64,000 bases of DNA, taken from the NCBI GenBank assembly GCA_040954595.2, contig CM082594.2, positions 3,085,319-3,149,318 of the forward strand. Direction: 5' to 3'. A model generated the notes under the pieces. That model was not told the origin of the DNA and made no database searches. It saw nothing but the letters and a program-made list of their open reading frames with translations. Source of the DNA: Balanoglossus misakiensis (lineage: Eukaryota; Animalia; Hemichordata). Positions 13,701 through 25,600 of this stretch are shown here, one piece after another (positions within the stretch are counted from its first letter, which is position 1; every line of letters begins with the position of its first letter). Both the position numbers and the translations under genes were made by a program.

Positions 13701-16700
13701 GCAAAGTTTCCAAATGGGCCTAATTTGCATATGAATGGAGATATCAAAATTCTGTTAGGATACTTTCTGGACCATGTGGTCAGTATCCAACATACCAAAT
13801 ATCAAGGCCGTGGGCCAAGTGTATTTTGAGAAGAAGACTTTTAAATATTATTAGTTTTTCATATTTTTGGACCCAGCCAAGGGCCTATACTTTCTATAGT
13901 TAAGCTATGACGCTATGTCCACGTCTATGCAATGGTCCTGTACAGTGACTGTCTATTGGCCCGTGAGCAGAATGGGACCAAAATAAAAGGCAAAATTTTG
14001 GGCTCACCTGTAACACCTGCTTAACTCATTAATTATGTGCATACCTAATTTTGGGCTAACTAATATGGCTAGATGTTTTGTTCTTGTGGAACATGGACCA
14101 GTATGGGGTCAAAAATTTTTGCCCAAATTTTGGGTGACCTCAGGTGACCTTTGACCTACTTTCCTATATCTCTGCATTCAGAGCAGGTACAGACTTGGCG
14201 TTTGGAGGGTTGGGACTAAAATTGAAAAGCCAAAATTGGGGGTCACCTGTGACACCTGCTTATCTCATTAATTATGTGCATACCTAATTCAGGGATAACT
14301 AATAGGGCTAGAGGTTTTGTTCTTATGGGACATGGACCAGTATAGGGTCAAAATTTCTTGCCCAAATTTTGGGTGACCTCAGGTGACCTTTGACCTACTT
14401 AACCATATCTCAGCATCCAGAGCAGGTACAGTCTTGGCGTTTGGAGGGATGGGTTGAAAATGAAAAGTGAAATTATTAAGTCACCTGTAACACCTGCTGA
14501 ACTCATTAATTATGTGCATACCTTATTCCTGGCTAACCAATAGGGCTAGAGGTTTGATTTTTGTTGAACAAGGACCAGTATGGGGTCAAAATTTCTTGCC
14601 CATCTTTTGGGTGACGACATATGACCTTTGACCTTCAGCTTAAGCTTGGGCCCGTCATCGCTGCTTGCAGCTATATTTTTTATTTGGCCTTATGACGAAA
14701 TACCACTGCTCGTCTCGCTCGACATTGGCGATCAGCTTGTCATAAAGCAGTTGCTATCCGACAGAAGCGCATTTATATGAGACAAATCGAATATTTATTG
14801 CGGGCCATGCAAAAGAAATCCGCTTTCATATTGTGTCAGCTGTGGAAATGCCGCTGTTCCGCCGGGGGGAGGGGAGGGGATATGCTAAGTTCACAGGGAA
14901 ATTAGCATACCCCCTCCCTCCGGCGGAACAGCTGCGTTTCCACAGCTCCTGCTGCGTATACTGTTGGCATAGTGAATGTTAACAGGTCTATTACACACAT
15001 AATCCAGTAACATCAGACTTACAGTTTCCACGGTTTTTCATCTCTTGTGTTTTGACATCGAACACCACATACTTTCTGGGTAACCTGGAGATTTCGTCCA
15101 TGGGATTCAGTGGTTCCAGAGATCCCTCAGCTGATTCATAAAATGCTTGTATTTCACTTCCCTCGGCCTCGATTGTTTCTCGCTCTCCACTTGATAACTT
15201 GAATTCACCCAACTTGTGACGGATGATTTCTGTCAAATCACAAATGAGGTCATCCATACCACATCTGATCTTGATCGGATTGATGGACTTTGCGTATTTG
15301 ACTCTGATGTCTTGTTCTGTTTTGGATAAAAGTTGAATGTAATTATAATTACAAAACTTATTTTCCTCCAAATACAATGGAATGGTTTGAGCTGCACAGA
15401 AAATGTACTGACTATCGAGTGTGTCATCAGTCCAGTTGATAAAGAGATTGTATATGTAATATATGCATGTATTCATGATGACATAGTGTGCGCATGCGTA
15501 GTAATAAACTGTACTACAGGTTTTCCTGAAGTTGAATGAACAACTGTCTGCTGTGTCCTCTTGTGCTCTCCCTGAATATATCCCAGATATATCACAAATT
15601 GGCGACGAGGTGACTAATCGAAGGACCCGTTCGTGAACATTAACTATAGAGACTAGTTCGAGCGACAAGAAAAGACGGAAAACGGCGAAAGACAGGTGAA
15701 GTTCAGTTCAACGAAAAAGGGGAGGAGTGCGCCAGAAAGTGAGCACGTAGACCAGACGTAGATCGGACGTAGCGGTCACTTTCATCAGTCACGTAAACCA
15801 GATTGGATGTGGTGAAAACGGCGACGTTGAGTCGTAAACGCACTCTAGATTCGTCAGATTTGATGTGACGGAAGTTCACTGAACAGTGAGTTGTAAAACT
15901 AACTTTCAGATAACGAAGTACTGAGAAGTTAGAACATTGTACAAGTCAACGATACAGCGGTAGACCAGAAAATTTTGCATAATTCGTCATGGCTACTGGC
16001 GGCACGTATCTTGGTTGTGTGGGACCGTTCGAAAGTTCGAAGGAAACCTTCGTTTCGTACATCGACAGAATGCAGATGTTCTTTGTGGCGAACAATGTTG
16101 AATCAGATGAGCGGAAGAAAGCTATATTTCTGACTCAGATCGGTGCTGAGGTGCACACCGTGTTGGTGAATCTTTTGGCGCCAATAAAACCACGTGACAA
16201 GTCGTTGGCGGACATTGAAACCTGCCTGACTGAGCATTATAATCCAGTTCCGTTGGAGATAAGTGAGTCGTTTCACTTTTGGAAAAGGGATCAAAAACCG
16301 GAAGAGTCCGTGAGTGACTATATTCTAGCACTGAAGAAGATGTCCATTCACTGCAATTTCGGCAACTATCTCGATAGAGCATTACGGGACAGACTTGTGT
16401 GTGGGGTGCTCGATTTGAGAATTCAACAGAAATTACTCAACATGCAGAACTTGAACTTTGAGAAAGCATGTCAAACAGCTGCGTCGATGGAAATGACGAC
16501 GAAACAGTCGCAACAGATGAGATCAGACTCTCACAGCAAAAGTACTGTTATAAACAGTGTTGTAAAACGTGAACATTCTAAAACTGTACAGTGTTTCAGA
16601 TGTGGAAACAATCATTTTGCGAAAGAGTGTCCACATAAAAATGTAGTATGTCACAAGTGTTCAAAACAAGGTCACTTTGCAAAGTTTTGTAAAACTAGAG

Positions 16701-19700
16701 GTAAAGTGAAGGCCAAGGGAAATGTCAGAAGTGACAAAAGGCCTATGGTTAAATCTGTAAAGTCAGTCACTGAAACAGTTGAAGACAGTGATGACTCTGA
16801 TTCATGTGTGTATAATGTTGTATCCTCCATCAATATGAATGTAGGTGGAGAAAAATCTGGCTATTTTGTAAGCCTAGATATGAATGGTAAGTCCGTGTCA
16901 ATGCAAGTAGACACAGCAGCTGACTACAGTATCATGTCTAAAACAGAGTATAACAAGAAATTCAGTCAAAGTCCCTTGAGGAAATCTTCGGTAAGACTGA
17001 AAAGCTATACTGGAGATCCGATTTCGGTCTGTGGTGAAATTTTGGTCACAGTATGTTATGATGGTCAGTGTGTCGATTTGCCATTGATAGTAGTGGACCA
17101 CCCAGGTAAACCAACCCTGCTTGGTAGAAATTGGTTGCAGAAATTGAAATTAAATTGGTGTAAGATATTTCTGTGTACTGCCCAAACAATCAGTAAAGGA
17201 AAAGCTGGTGATTGTTTGACTGCCAAAACAAAAGACAGGCTTGATTTGATTCTTCGTAAGCACAGTAACATATTTACTGATAGCTATGATGGTATGCGTG
17301 GGCACAAAGCTCATATTCGTGTCAAAGAGGGTGCAAAACCTATATTTCACAAACCAAGACGAGTTCCATATGCGCTTCGTGGAGCAGTCGAAACAGAATT
17401 GGCAAAACTGGAAAAAAATGGAGTAATAGTTAAAGTTGATCAGTCTGAGTGGGCGAGTCCAATTGTAGTGGTGCCCAAAGCTGATAAAACAGTCAGAATT
17501 TGTGGTGACTATAAAGTAAGTATTAATCCAGTAGTTGAGGATGAGCAGTGTACTTTACCGACTACACAAGATTTGTATGTTCAACTGTCGGGGTCAAAAG
17601 TATTCACACGTTTGGATTTGACACATGCTTATGCTCAATTGTCAGTTGATGACGAAAGTAGAAAGTATTTGACCATTAATACTCATAAAGGTCTGTACTC
17701 GTACACAAAGTTACCATATGGTGTGAAGTCTGCGCCAAAAATATTTCAGACTAAGATGGATTGTATCCTTCAAGGTGTCCAGAAATGTGTTTGGAAACAA
17801 GATGATATCCTTATTGGGGGTGACAATGTTCATGAGAATCTTGATATTTTGGAACAAGTTCTCAAAAGATTGAGTGATAATAATTTGCACGTAAATTTGT
17901 CAAAGTGTGAATTTGCAAAGTCTAGCACTGTGTATTTGGGTTTAGAATACAGTGGTGAAGGATTGAAACCTGTGGAATCCTCTGTACAAGCCATAAAACA
18001 GGCTCCAGTACCAAAGAATGTATCACAATTGCGTTCATTTTTGGGTATGGTACAGTACTACCATCAGTTTTTACCGAATTTAGCTACTACATTGCAGCCT
18101 CTGCATGAGTTGTTAAAGAAAGGTGTTGTTTGGAAATGGAGCGATAAATGTCAAAAAGCGTATGAGACATGTAAAGCAAACTTGACTAGTGAGACCTTGT
18201 TGGTACACTATGATCAGAGTAAGAAATTGAAGCTTGATTGTGACGCTTCAAGTTATGGCGTTGGAGCGGTTCTCTCACATGTGTTCGAAAATGGTGATGA
18301 GAGACCAATAGCGTATGCCTCTAGAACGCTCAGCCCAAGCGAGCGTAATTATGCTCAAATTGAAAGAGAAGCATTATCATTGATATTTGGAGTTAAGAAG
18401 TTTCATGATTTTCTGTATGGGAGAAAATTCACTCTTGTAACAGATCACAAGCCACTGCTGGCTATTTTGGGTCCAAAAGCGGGTATCCCTACCATAGCAG
18501 CTGCAAGAATGCAACGTTGGGCATTAATTCTGCAGGCATATGACTATGATATTGAGTATCGTAACACAACGGCACACGCTAACTGTGATGCGTTGTCAAG
18601 ATTACCAAATCCAAGTAAGCACAATACTGATGCTGATTCCAATGTATTTACTGTGGGTATACTTGATGAGAGTTTTCCAGTTCTAGCCGATGATATTGCT
18701 AGAGAAACCAGGGTCAATCCAATTCTCTGTAAAGTGTATGATTATGTTTTGAATGGTTGGCCAAAGAATTGTACAGACATGCCTGATGCATTGAAACCGT
18801 ATTATCACAAAAGAGATCAATTATCTCTAGAACGAGGATGTATTCTCTGGGGTCTCAGGGTTGTCATACCAAGGAAATTTCGAGAGAAATTGCTGGATGA
18901 ACTTCATTGGGAACATCCAGGAATATGTGCAATGAAAGCACTGGCACGCAGTCATGTGTGGTGGCCAGGAATTGATTCTGATATTGAATCCAAGGTCAAA
19001 GCTTGTTCAGTATGTCAGAGAGCAAGACCAACACCCAGTAAATTACCATTACATCCATGGGTTTGGCCAATGAGACCTTTTCAGAGAGTGCATATTGATT
19101 TTTGTGAAGATAAGACATCATATTATCTTATTCTTGTTGATTGTCATTCTAAATGGGTTGATGTGAAGCCAATGAAAAGCATAACAGCAGAGCGTACAAT
19201 TGATGAGTTAAGGCTCATATTTGCTGAACACGGTCTTCCTGAACAGTTAGTTTCAGATAATGGCCCACAATTCACGTCTGCTGAATTTGATATATTCACG
19301 AAAAGAAATGGTATTCATCATACTAAAGTAGCTCCATATCATCCTGCGTCTAATGGTGCTGCTGAAAGAGCAGTTAAACTTGTGAAAGAAAGTTTCACTA
19401 AGCAAGTTTTAGCTGGTGGATCATCTATGTCTTTGAAACGTAGAATAGCTAATTTTCTATTGAGGTATAGAACCACACCTCATAGCACAACAGGTGTTAG
19501 TCCAGCTGAATTGATGTGTAAAAGACAGCTTCGTACCAGATTGAGTTTGGTAAAACCTTGTTTGGCTAAAAAGGTTGAAAAGAAACAGGAAGCACATAAA
19601 GAGCAATTTGATCGTTCTAGAAAACAAGAGCGATACTTTGAAATAGGTGATGTGGTTAGAGTGAAAAATCCTAGACCACAGTCCAAACATGACAAATGGT

Positions 19701-21070
19701 TATTGGGGTCGATCATTGACGTCAAAGGACCTCGAAATTACATTGTGAAAATAGGATCCATGACTAAATTAGTTCATGCTGATCATATGTTGAAAACCAT
19801 GGAAGAGTTTCAAACTGAGTTGCCTATGACAGAGTTCAATGATTCAGTTTTGACTAATCTTGATATCTGTGAAAGACCAGAAACTGAAATGTTCAGTACA
19901 ATTCCTGTTCAGAATTCTTGTAAACCACAACCAGTGGAAAATACTGATGTGAAAGTTGCTAGTGATTCTGGCCAAGCTACACAAAGTCAGAATACACAAG
20001 TGAAACCTGGAAATATTACAGAACCTGTAAGGAGATCAGACAGAGTCAGAAAACCCGTTGTGAAACTGAATTTGTAATTTCAGTAGTTTTGTTGTTAACA
20101 AAGATGTTGTGTTTACAAGTTGACATTTGTTGAAGTTTGTCAAGCCACCCAATTTCTTTTAAAGGGAAGGCAGTGTAATATATGCATGTATTCATGATGA
20201 CATAGTGTGCGCATGCGTAGTAATAAACTGTACTACAGGTTTTCCTGAAGTTGAATGAACAACTGTCTGCTGTGTCCTCTTGTGCTCTCCCTGAATATAT
20301 CCCAGATATATCACAGTATAAATTGTTGCCAGTCTCAGATGATAAAAACAGTTATTGCTGAAGAAGATCGGTTATGTTTTGTTTACAGTGACCAATCGAT
20401 CGATATTTTAGTCATATCTATTCTACTGAAGCGGAGCTTCCCTATATATAGGGGTAGCCAATTGGCGGCGTTCATTGTGTACATTGACTCTGAAGGGTGA
20501 ACACGCAGACACACGCTCCCGAGAATGCATGATTTTCCGAAGTTTTCGACCGCAAAATCATTCACAATGCATGCAAGATTCCTTCGTTTATCTGAAGATT
20601 AACGATATCTGACTGAGACGCGAACGAAAGAGTACATTTCGAAACGCATGGGTCTGACTAGTTTAAATAAGACAAAATAATGACGTCATTTTCTTATTTT
20701 CTTTTCCAGCATTTACTTCTACCGATACACATCGGTCAAATATTTTTAGTTTTGAGCTCATAGGTAAAATATAAGAAAGTATGAACCTACGTGCAACTGG
20801 ATGATGGTCGAATTCCACCAAGTAGCCATTCTCGCTGAGCGTTGTAATGTTGTCAAAAAATTCCATTTTTTTCTTTTTGCCGCTAGACAGTGGCTGATAA
20901 AGTTCCAGCGTGTTGAGCCTAACGTCATCGGGAATCATGTCAAATTCACGGGCGTTTTCCTTCAGTTTGGCCGCCAGACTGCCGATGGTATCGGTCTCGT
21001 CGCATTTAAACGGCAGCGCGTTCCCCCCTCGGCAGTTTCTGACATGCACGGTAATTTTGCCGCTCGCCAT
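10764..21070 (-). CDS. Gene B1: three ubiquitin-like modules + IFI44-like P-loop GTPase, 528 aa, 6 exons
   Basis: Exons 21070-20791, 15316-15023, 13136-12837, 12265-12174, 11681-11303, 11005-10764; all introns GT-AG, phases compatible, no stops. G1 GAPGHGKSS, G3 DVPG, G4 THVD, G5-like PLSN. Exon structure is conserved with B2. Confidence 0.85.
11755..12058. mobile_element. PIF/Harbinger-type MITE (family copy with degenerate ends) in B1 intron 4
   Basis: Homologous to 47829-48124 and, inverted, to 13213-13490. Confidence 0.6.
12384..12795. mobile_element. Palindromic MITE-like element in B1 intron 3
   Basis: Termini GGATGTACG...CGTACATCC flanked by TTAA/TCAA; internal inverted repeat AAAATATAGGGGTCACCGCGCT / AGCGCGGTGACCCCTATATTTT. 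Confidence 0.5.
13213..14689. mobile_element. PIF/Harbinger-type MITE split by a nested insertion (B1 intron 2)
   Basis: GGCCAAATAAAAAAATAT...TTTTTTATTTGGCC termini with TTA on both sides; the body matches 47829-48124 in reverse. Confidence 0.65.
13488..14677 (+). mobile_element. Helentron/Helitron2-type non-autonomous element (HINE-like) with internal ~240-bp tandem repeats
   Basis: Inserted in a T run. 5' palindrome AGGGCCCAAGC...GCTTGGGCCCT, 3' subterminal GCTTGGGCCC plus hairpin GCTGCTTGCAGC. About three repeat units at 13990-14635. Confidence 0.6.
15455..15596 (+). repeat. 5' LTR
   Basis: TGTAATATATG...GATATATCACA, contains AATAAA, identical to 20174-20315. Confidence 0.95.
15600..15610 (+). 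promoter_or_regulatory. Primer-binding site, probably for tRNA-Ser(GCU)
   Basis: TGGCGACGAGG 3 nt after the LTR, complementary to a ...CCUCGUCG-CCA tRNA 3' end. Confidence 0.75.
15989..20077 (+). CDS. Gag-Pol polyprotein (1362 aa): Gag, two zinc knuckles, protease, RT, RNase H, integrase
   Basis: CFRCGNNHFAKEC and CHKCSKQGHFAKFC knuckles; VDTAA protease; RICGDYK, LPYGVKSAP and KQDD (RT); DCDASSYGVG (RNase H); HHCC plus HIDF/SDNG/AER (integrase). The PR-RT-RH-IN order is that of Ty3/Gypsy. Confidence 0.97.
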   Translation: MATGGTYLGCVGPFESSKETFVSYIDRMQMFFVANNVESDERKKAIFLTQIGAEVHTVLVNLLAPIKPRDKSLADIETCLTEHYNPVPLEISESFHFWKRDQKPEESVSDYILALKKMSIHCNFGNYLDRALRDRLVCGVLDLRIQQKLLNMQNLNFEKACQTAASMEMTTKQSQQMRSDSHSKSTVINSVVKREHSKTVQCFRCGNNHFAKECPHKNVVCHKCSKQGHFAKFCKTRGKVKAKGNVRSDKRPMVKSVKSVTETVEDSDDSDSCVYNVVSSINMNVGGEKSGYFVSLDMNGKSVSMQVDTAADYSIMSKTEYNKKFSQSPLRKSSVRLKSYTGDPISVCGEILVTVCYDGQCVDLPLIVVDHPGKPTLLGRNWLQKLKLNWCKIFLCTAQTISKGKAGDCLTAKTKDRLDLILRKHSNIFTDSYDGMRGHKAHIRVKEGAKPIFHKPRRVPYALRGAVETELAKLEKNGVIVKVDQSEWASPIVVVPKADKTVRICGDYKVSINPVVEDEQCTLPTTQDLYVQLSGSKVFTRLDLTHAYAQLSVDDESRKYLTINTHKGLYSYTKLPYGVKSAPKIFQTKMDCILQGVQKCVWKQDDILIGGDNVHENLDILEQVLKRLSDNNLHVNLSKCEFAKSSTVYLGLEYSGEGLKPVESSVQAIKQAPVPKNVSQLRSFLGMVQYYHQFLPNLATTLQPLHELLKKGVVWKWSDKCQKAYETCKANLTSETLLVHYDQSKKLKLDCDASSYGVGAVLSHVFENGDERPIAYASRTLSPSERNYAQIEREALSLIFGVKKFHDFLYGRKFTLVTDHKPLLAILGPKAGIPTIAAARMQRWALILQAYDYDIEYRNTTAHANCDALSRLPNPSKHNTDADSNVFTVGILDESFPVLADDIARETRVNPILCKVYDYVLNGWPKNCTDMPDALKPYYHKRDQLSLERGCILWGLRVVIPRKFREKLLDELHWEHPGICAMKALARSHVWWPGIDSDIESKVKACSVCQRARPTPSKLPLHPWVWPMRPFQRVHIDFCEDKTSYYLILVDCHSKWVDVKPMKSITAERTIDELRLIFAEHGLPEQLVSDNGPQFTSAEFDIFTKRNGIHHTKVAPYHPASNGAAERAVKLVKESFTKQVLAGGSSMSLKRRIANFLLRYRTTPHSTTGVSPAELMCKRQLRTRLSLVKPCLAKKVEKKQEAHKEQFDRSRKQERYFEIGDVVRVKNPRPQSKHDKWLLGSIIDVKGPRNYIVKIGSMTKLVHADHMLKTMEEFQTELPMTEFNDSVLTNLDICERPETEMFSTIPVQNSCKPQPVENTDVKVASDSGQATQSQNTQVKPGNITEPVRRSDRVRKPVVKLNL
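20174..20315 (+). repeat. 3' LTR
   Basis: Identical to the 5' LTR; preceded by the PPT and followed by TSD GTATA. Confidence 0.95.
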
Positions 21071-21175
21071 AGTTGTGTGCTGTTCCCACTAGCTTGTTAG
21101 TAATAGTAGTGAAAGCACCAAGTTGATACCAGGCGCCTATTGCGGTTTTGCCTATCTAATTAGCATACGGCGCGA

Positions 21176-21540
21176 CACCGGAATGTTTTTTGCATGACAA
21201 GTCCCCATGTTACTAACATGATGAATGGGGGTCAAATGGAGGTCATGATAGTTCTGCATTTTCTGGTACAGAATTTCAGAAAAATCATAGTTCACGAAAC
21301 TTTTAACCCTTTACTATATACGTTTAACGTGTGCGAGGAGTTGTTGTTATGACAACATAGTTGTTTTCATTTTTAAAAAAAATATCTACATAAATCTTTC
21401 TCCATAGATCTACCACTAAGACCGCCCATGTCCCCTGTAAGGCAATCAGAGCTATCATGACCTCTCTTTGACCGGACTCCTCAAGGGTCATTCATTATGT
21501 TAGTAACCTGGAGATTGGTCATGCAAACAACATTCCGGTG
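21176..21540. mobile_element. MITE-like inverted-repeat element about 105 bp upstream of the B1 ATG (paralogous copy 31170-31549)
   Basis: CACCGGAATGTT...AACATTCCGGTG termini with imperfect arms of about 90 bp; no clear TSD. Confidence 0.55.
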
Positions 21541-21805
21541 ATTTTTTTAACAATGTAAAATCCCGGCCCGTTTAGCAGACAAACCTCTAAAATAAATGTT
21601 TTCCGTTCCCTTCTCCCTTCTTTATATCCGTGGAAAGTTATTACACAATCGTTCCCAAGTACACCACACCTGTCTTTCAGTCACAGTGATAAATCAAACA
21701 TTTGCAAATAATTGTAATCATGCATACCCATCCAAATTTTCAACATCATAGGTCAAATATATAGTATTTGGATGGCTATTTGCAAAGACAAACGGTTACA
21801 AAGAA

Positions 21806-21904
21806 GACTTGTTTGAAATGGGAAAAATGAATATTTCGTCAATCCCAGTTATGTCTGATAGTTCTGTACTGCAGCGTCATCTTTCAATTCGTCAACGTGT
21901 GTTG
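21806..21904 (-). pseudogene. Remnant of exon 6 of a deleted B2-type gene
   Basis: Matches 33277-33388 (with a small deletion). Flanked left by B2 downstream sequence (21620-21800 = 32420-32600) and right by B2 upstream sequence (21906 = 40348). Confidence 0.85.
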
Positions 21905-22682
21905 CTGGTCAGATGAACGGTTCTGTAGTAGTTGTTTTTTTCTATTTGCATTTTAACCTTTGAACTGGGAGGAGACTGTACACGCTGATGTGTCATGCCA
22001 GCGGTTTCAAATTTGAGCCCTGTGTATTAAACACACGGACTACTGCGAGTTTGAAGGTGCTAATCCTCTATGTGATTATATCTTGTATAAATCTACGACA
22101 GCTCTACATTTGGTTGTGCATTTGTATCTTTAAGTATTTGTCTTCGTTGACAGGTAAGGATCGACCAATATATGTAAAATGCTAATAGTGGATTCTTAGT
22201 GCTGACTGCTTTCATTTTGTCTTCGGCGAATTCTCTTGTGTTTTCGCTACTCGAAACACCGAGCTCTTTCGATATCGATTGAATTTTTGCACACGACTCA
22301 GTTAACAAACACGCCAATCAATTATCGATGTCAACGAATTCCTGCGTCGCATGCTTTGATTGACCTCGCTACAAGGGCGTGAACTCTTCGTGCAAATTCC
22401 CTTGTGTCTTTGCTATTCGAAACATAGACCTCTTTCGATATCGACTGTTGTTTTGCACATGACTAAGGTAGCAAACACGTCTATCAATAACTAGTTTAGT
22501 GGTGATAAATACAACTCACTGTTTCCACAGTTTCTTGTTTCAAATATTGTAATCGGAATTTATTTTGGTGTTTTAAAGTTTTTATTTGGAGGGTGAGATT
22601 ATCTGTATTGGCGGCCATTTTGAAAAAATGGTTGCCATAGAAACCTTTTAACATATTTTTATTGGCTCTTACACACCAGACA

Positions 22683-25600
22683 ATGGAGCAGCAAGTCCTC
22701 GTTTACACGAAACTCGAGTCATTTCATCAGGCCCACGATATTGTGAAAGACCAACTCAAAGCGATCCTGGGTGACATGAAATGCATCGTCGTCACGTACA
22801 CCAGGGATTCGTCTTGGCAGAGGAACGAGCAGTTTAGCGCCGTGACGCCTGTTGTGGTTTTGGACACAAGGCAAACGAGGGTCCTCCTGACTCCAACCGA
22901 CAGGTACCGATCGGTTGATCACTGGGATGAACTCAGAGAACTGTCCACGACCATGTCAAAGCCTCGAGGTAGGTCATATATGCTTCAACCATACGCGGTG
23001 TAAATTAGCAGTAGTCACACGCCAACTGACTACTAACTGCTCCTTACTGACTACTAACTTTACAAAATGGTAGTCACCACTGACTACCGGTAGGTGCAGC
23101 CGTCTCAGCTGTGTTATTGAATAGGTAGATGATTGCACTGACATGTGTCAATGCTGTATTACTGTCAGCATACATGCTGCTGAAAAAATCTACAGTTAAG
23201 GCTGCATTCACAAACACCTCTGGAGGGGGGGGCGGGAGAATTCAATTTTTTTTACCGCTAATTTTCACATGCCCCCCTTCCGAACTGCCAATATTTTCAA
23301 ATCCCCCCCTTCCGAACTGCCAAAATTTTGAAATCCCCCCCATTGTCTTTTACAGAGCAAAACACATCACCTATCTATCTTGTAAAAAGAAAAACAGCGC
23401 TCCCATGAAAAGAATTTGAAACTGATGTTTCCCCTCATCAGTGGGTATTAAAACTGAACATTGTTTTTATTTAAAGAAAATTTTCTAAAATACAGAGCTC
23501 AAAGCTGCATTTTAATGAACCCGGCAAAAGCAAATTAACTCAACTACCGGTATGTTGGGGAGGACAAATTTAACCGTCGGCGCTCAAAGTTATCATGGGG
23601 TGGGGCAAGTCCCCTGACCTGGGACACTAGATAAACCAGTCAATGATTGAAAGGTGTTGATGAATGGAGGGGGTGGGTGTGGGAGGGGGTGTGTATAATT
23701 TCGAGCCCTAGAAATACACCACAAACATAGGTTGTAACACCGGCCCAGGCCCAGCACCGGCGCTACACCGCCGCAAACTATGGAGTTTGAATCGCGGCCT
23801 GACTGTGTATTTAGTGCCCCAGTAGTATAAACAAGACAACAGTCTGCTTGCTATCTGACATCTAAGGTGTGGAAACAACCACCCAAAGGCAAATACGGTA
23901 TATATCAAATTTTCAACCATGGAGATAATATTATGAGACCCATACATCGGTATTTTTAGTTTAACAGAAAAAAATGTCCATTGTTTTTAAATAAGTTCGT
24001 TGCGAATTATTCTTAACCAGTAACCTGCCTCTAATTTACAGGTTCTTTTCTCGTCATCCTTTATGGGGACAGGAAATCAGAAAATTTAGCGGAGGGAAAA
24101 AATGTTTCCGACCATTTTCTGAAAATCTGGTCGTACAGGGATAGATTCGCAGTATGCCTTGCAGCGAAGGGAAGATGTTTTTCTCTCTGGCAAGAATTTA
24201 ATGCAACTCAAAAGTCTGCCTTAAGAAGATATTTCGAAGAAATTGTCATTTTGCCCAGAATGATGTACGAATGCAACCTATTGGTAATTGGGACCGACAG
24301 TCAATGTATACAATATAAGGAATATTTGGAATCTCACACGCTACTGTTCCAGACAGAGGATTTCGACACAAAATCCCATCTCATCGAAGGGCGTAATACG
24401 ATGCACTTTCCCAATACAAAGGACCAAAAAGTCAAGAACATCCTAACGACTTTCTATGACAAAACAAACACTTGGTCAAAGACAGAGATCTGCAAGATAG
24501 GAACAGACTATGCGGCATTGTATCAGATTGTAAGTCGGATTCCTTCATCCAATCAGAGCTCCTGGTCAAGGATGTTCGGGTCGAAATCAAAGTGCAACCG
24601 GCTGATTTGGTTCTGCCATTGTAAGAAATGTATAAATACAATTGCAGACATCAACAAGCAATGTGAGTTTTATTCTCATTTTGTTGTAGTCCTCACTGTA
24701 GTACATTAACACAGTATTTTCGTGGATTGAAATGCACTTTGCACATGTTCTGTTGATACTACTAACTCTAGACAGGAAGTGCGATTGTTTGGAGGAAAGC
24801 ATTTAAAGTGCGGCGATCGTCTTATGCTCCTGTGCCAAACCAGAGACTCTGGTTGCAAAAATGGTTTACATTCATAAGGCAATGTGTTGTTCTAACAACA
24901 TACAAGATGGCGGCGACTATAATCTGTGTCGGAGCGAAGGCAGTCCACTATTTGAATACGTCAAATGCAACACTTGCAGAACATTTGGATTGGATGTAAT
25001 GTTTGTATACACGAAATCACGCACATGCGCATAAGACGATCGTCGGCCTTTAACATACCATTTCTTAAACTATTACTACAGAATGAGATTATAACTGGAT
25101 TTGACCCCTTAGCAGGAAGTAAACATCTATTTAAGGCTGCCAGAAATGTTGAATGTAGAAGCCCATAATGACAAAAGTGTTCATACGAAAATATTGAGAA
25201 CAGTTTGCATGTTCAGCTATAGGTATAGAGCAAACCAACCTTCTCATGTTAATGTTGTCATTTGCTTTTCTTCATCCAGTACGAAGTATATATGTGTTGC
25301 CCATGATCGACGAATCATGCACGGATGAATCGCTGTATGAAATACTGCAGGAAAACCTATTACAACTTATGAAGGACGATCACAATGAATTCAGCGACAG
25401 AAAGCCGGCAGAATTACGTGCTAGACAAGGAGATAAATGGTTCTTAAGTTTGTACTCTGCTTATGCGGCAAGCATTTCTGATATAAGTAAGTGTACCATT
25501 TTTTAATGTTACGCTGGTCTTTTATTTCTTCAGTTTTTATATTTGCCATTCATTTTCATAAAAAGGTCATTCTCCCTAGCCATGGAGAAATGTGACTGAT

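Larger units (their letters stand above)
15455..20315 (+). mobile_element. Full-length Ty3/Gypsy (Mag-like) LTR retrotransposon
   Basis: Identical 142-bp TG...CA LTRs, 5-bp TSD GTATA (15450-15454, 20316-20320), PBS at 15600, PPT AAAGGGAAGGCAG at 20161-20173, single intact gag-pol ORF. Confidence 0.97.

Noticed and set aside
14991-15668. 225-aa ORF as an LTR-host fusion protein
   Set aside because: Chance read-through from antisense LTR and intron into B1 exon 2, which has its own acceptor at 15316.
24776-24999. Candidate extra gene A exon after CAG|GAAGTG (also at 43041)
   Set aside because: Joining it to exon 2 (phase 1) creates TGA, whereas splicing to 25280/43638 keeps the frame in both copies.
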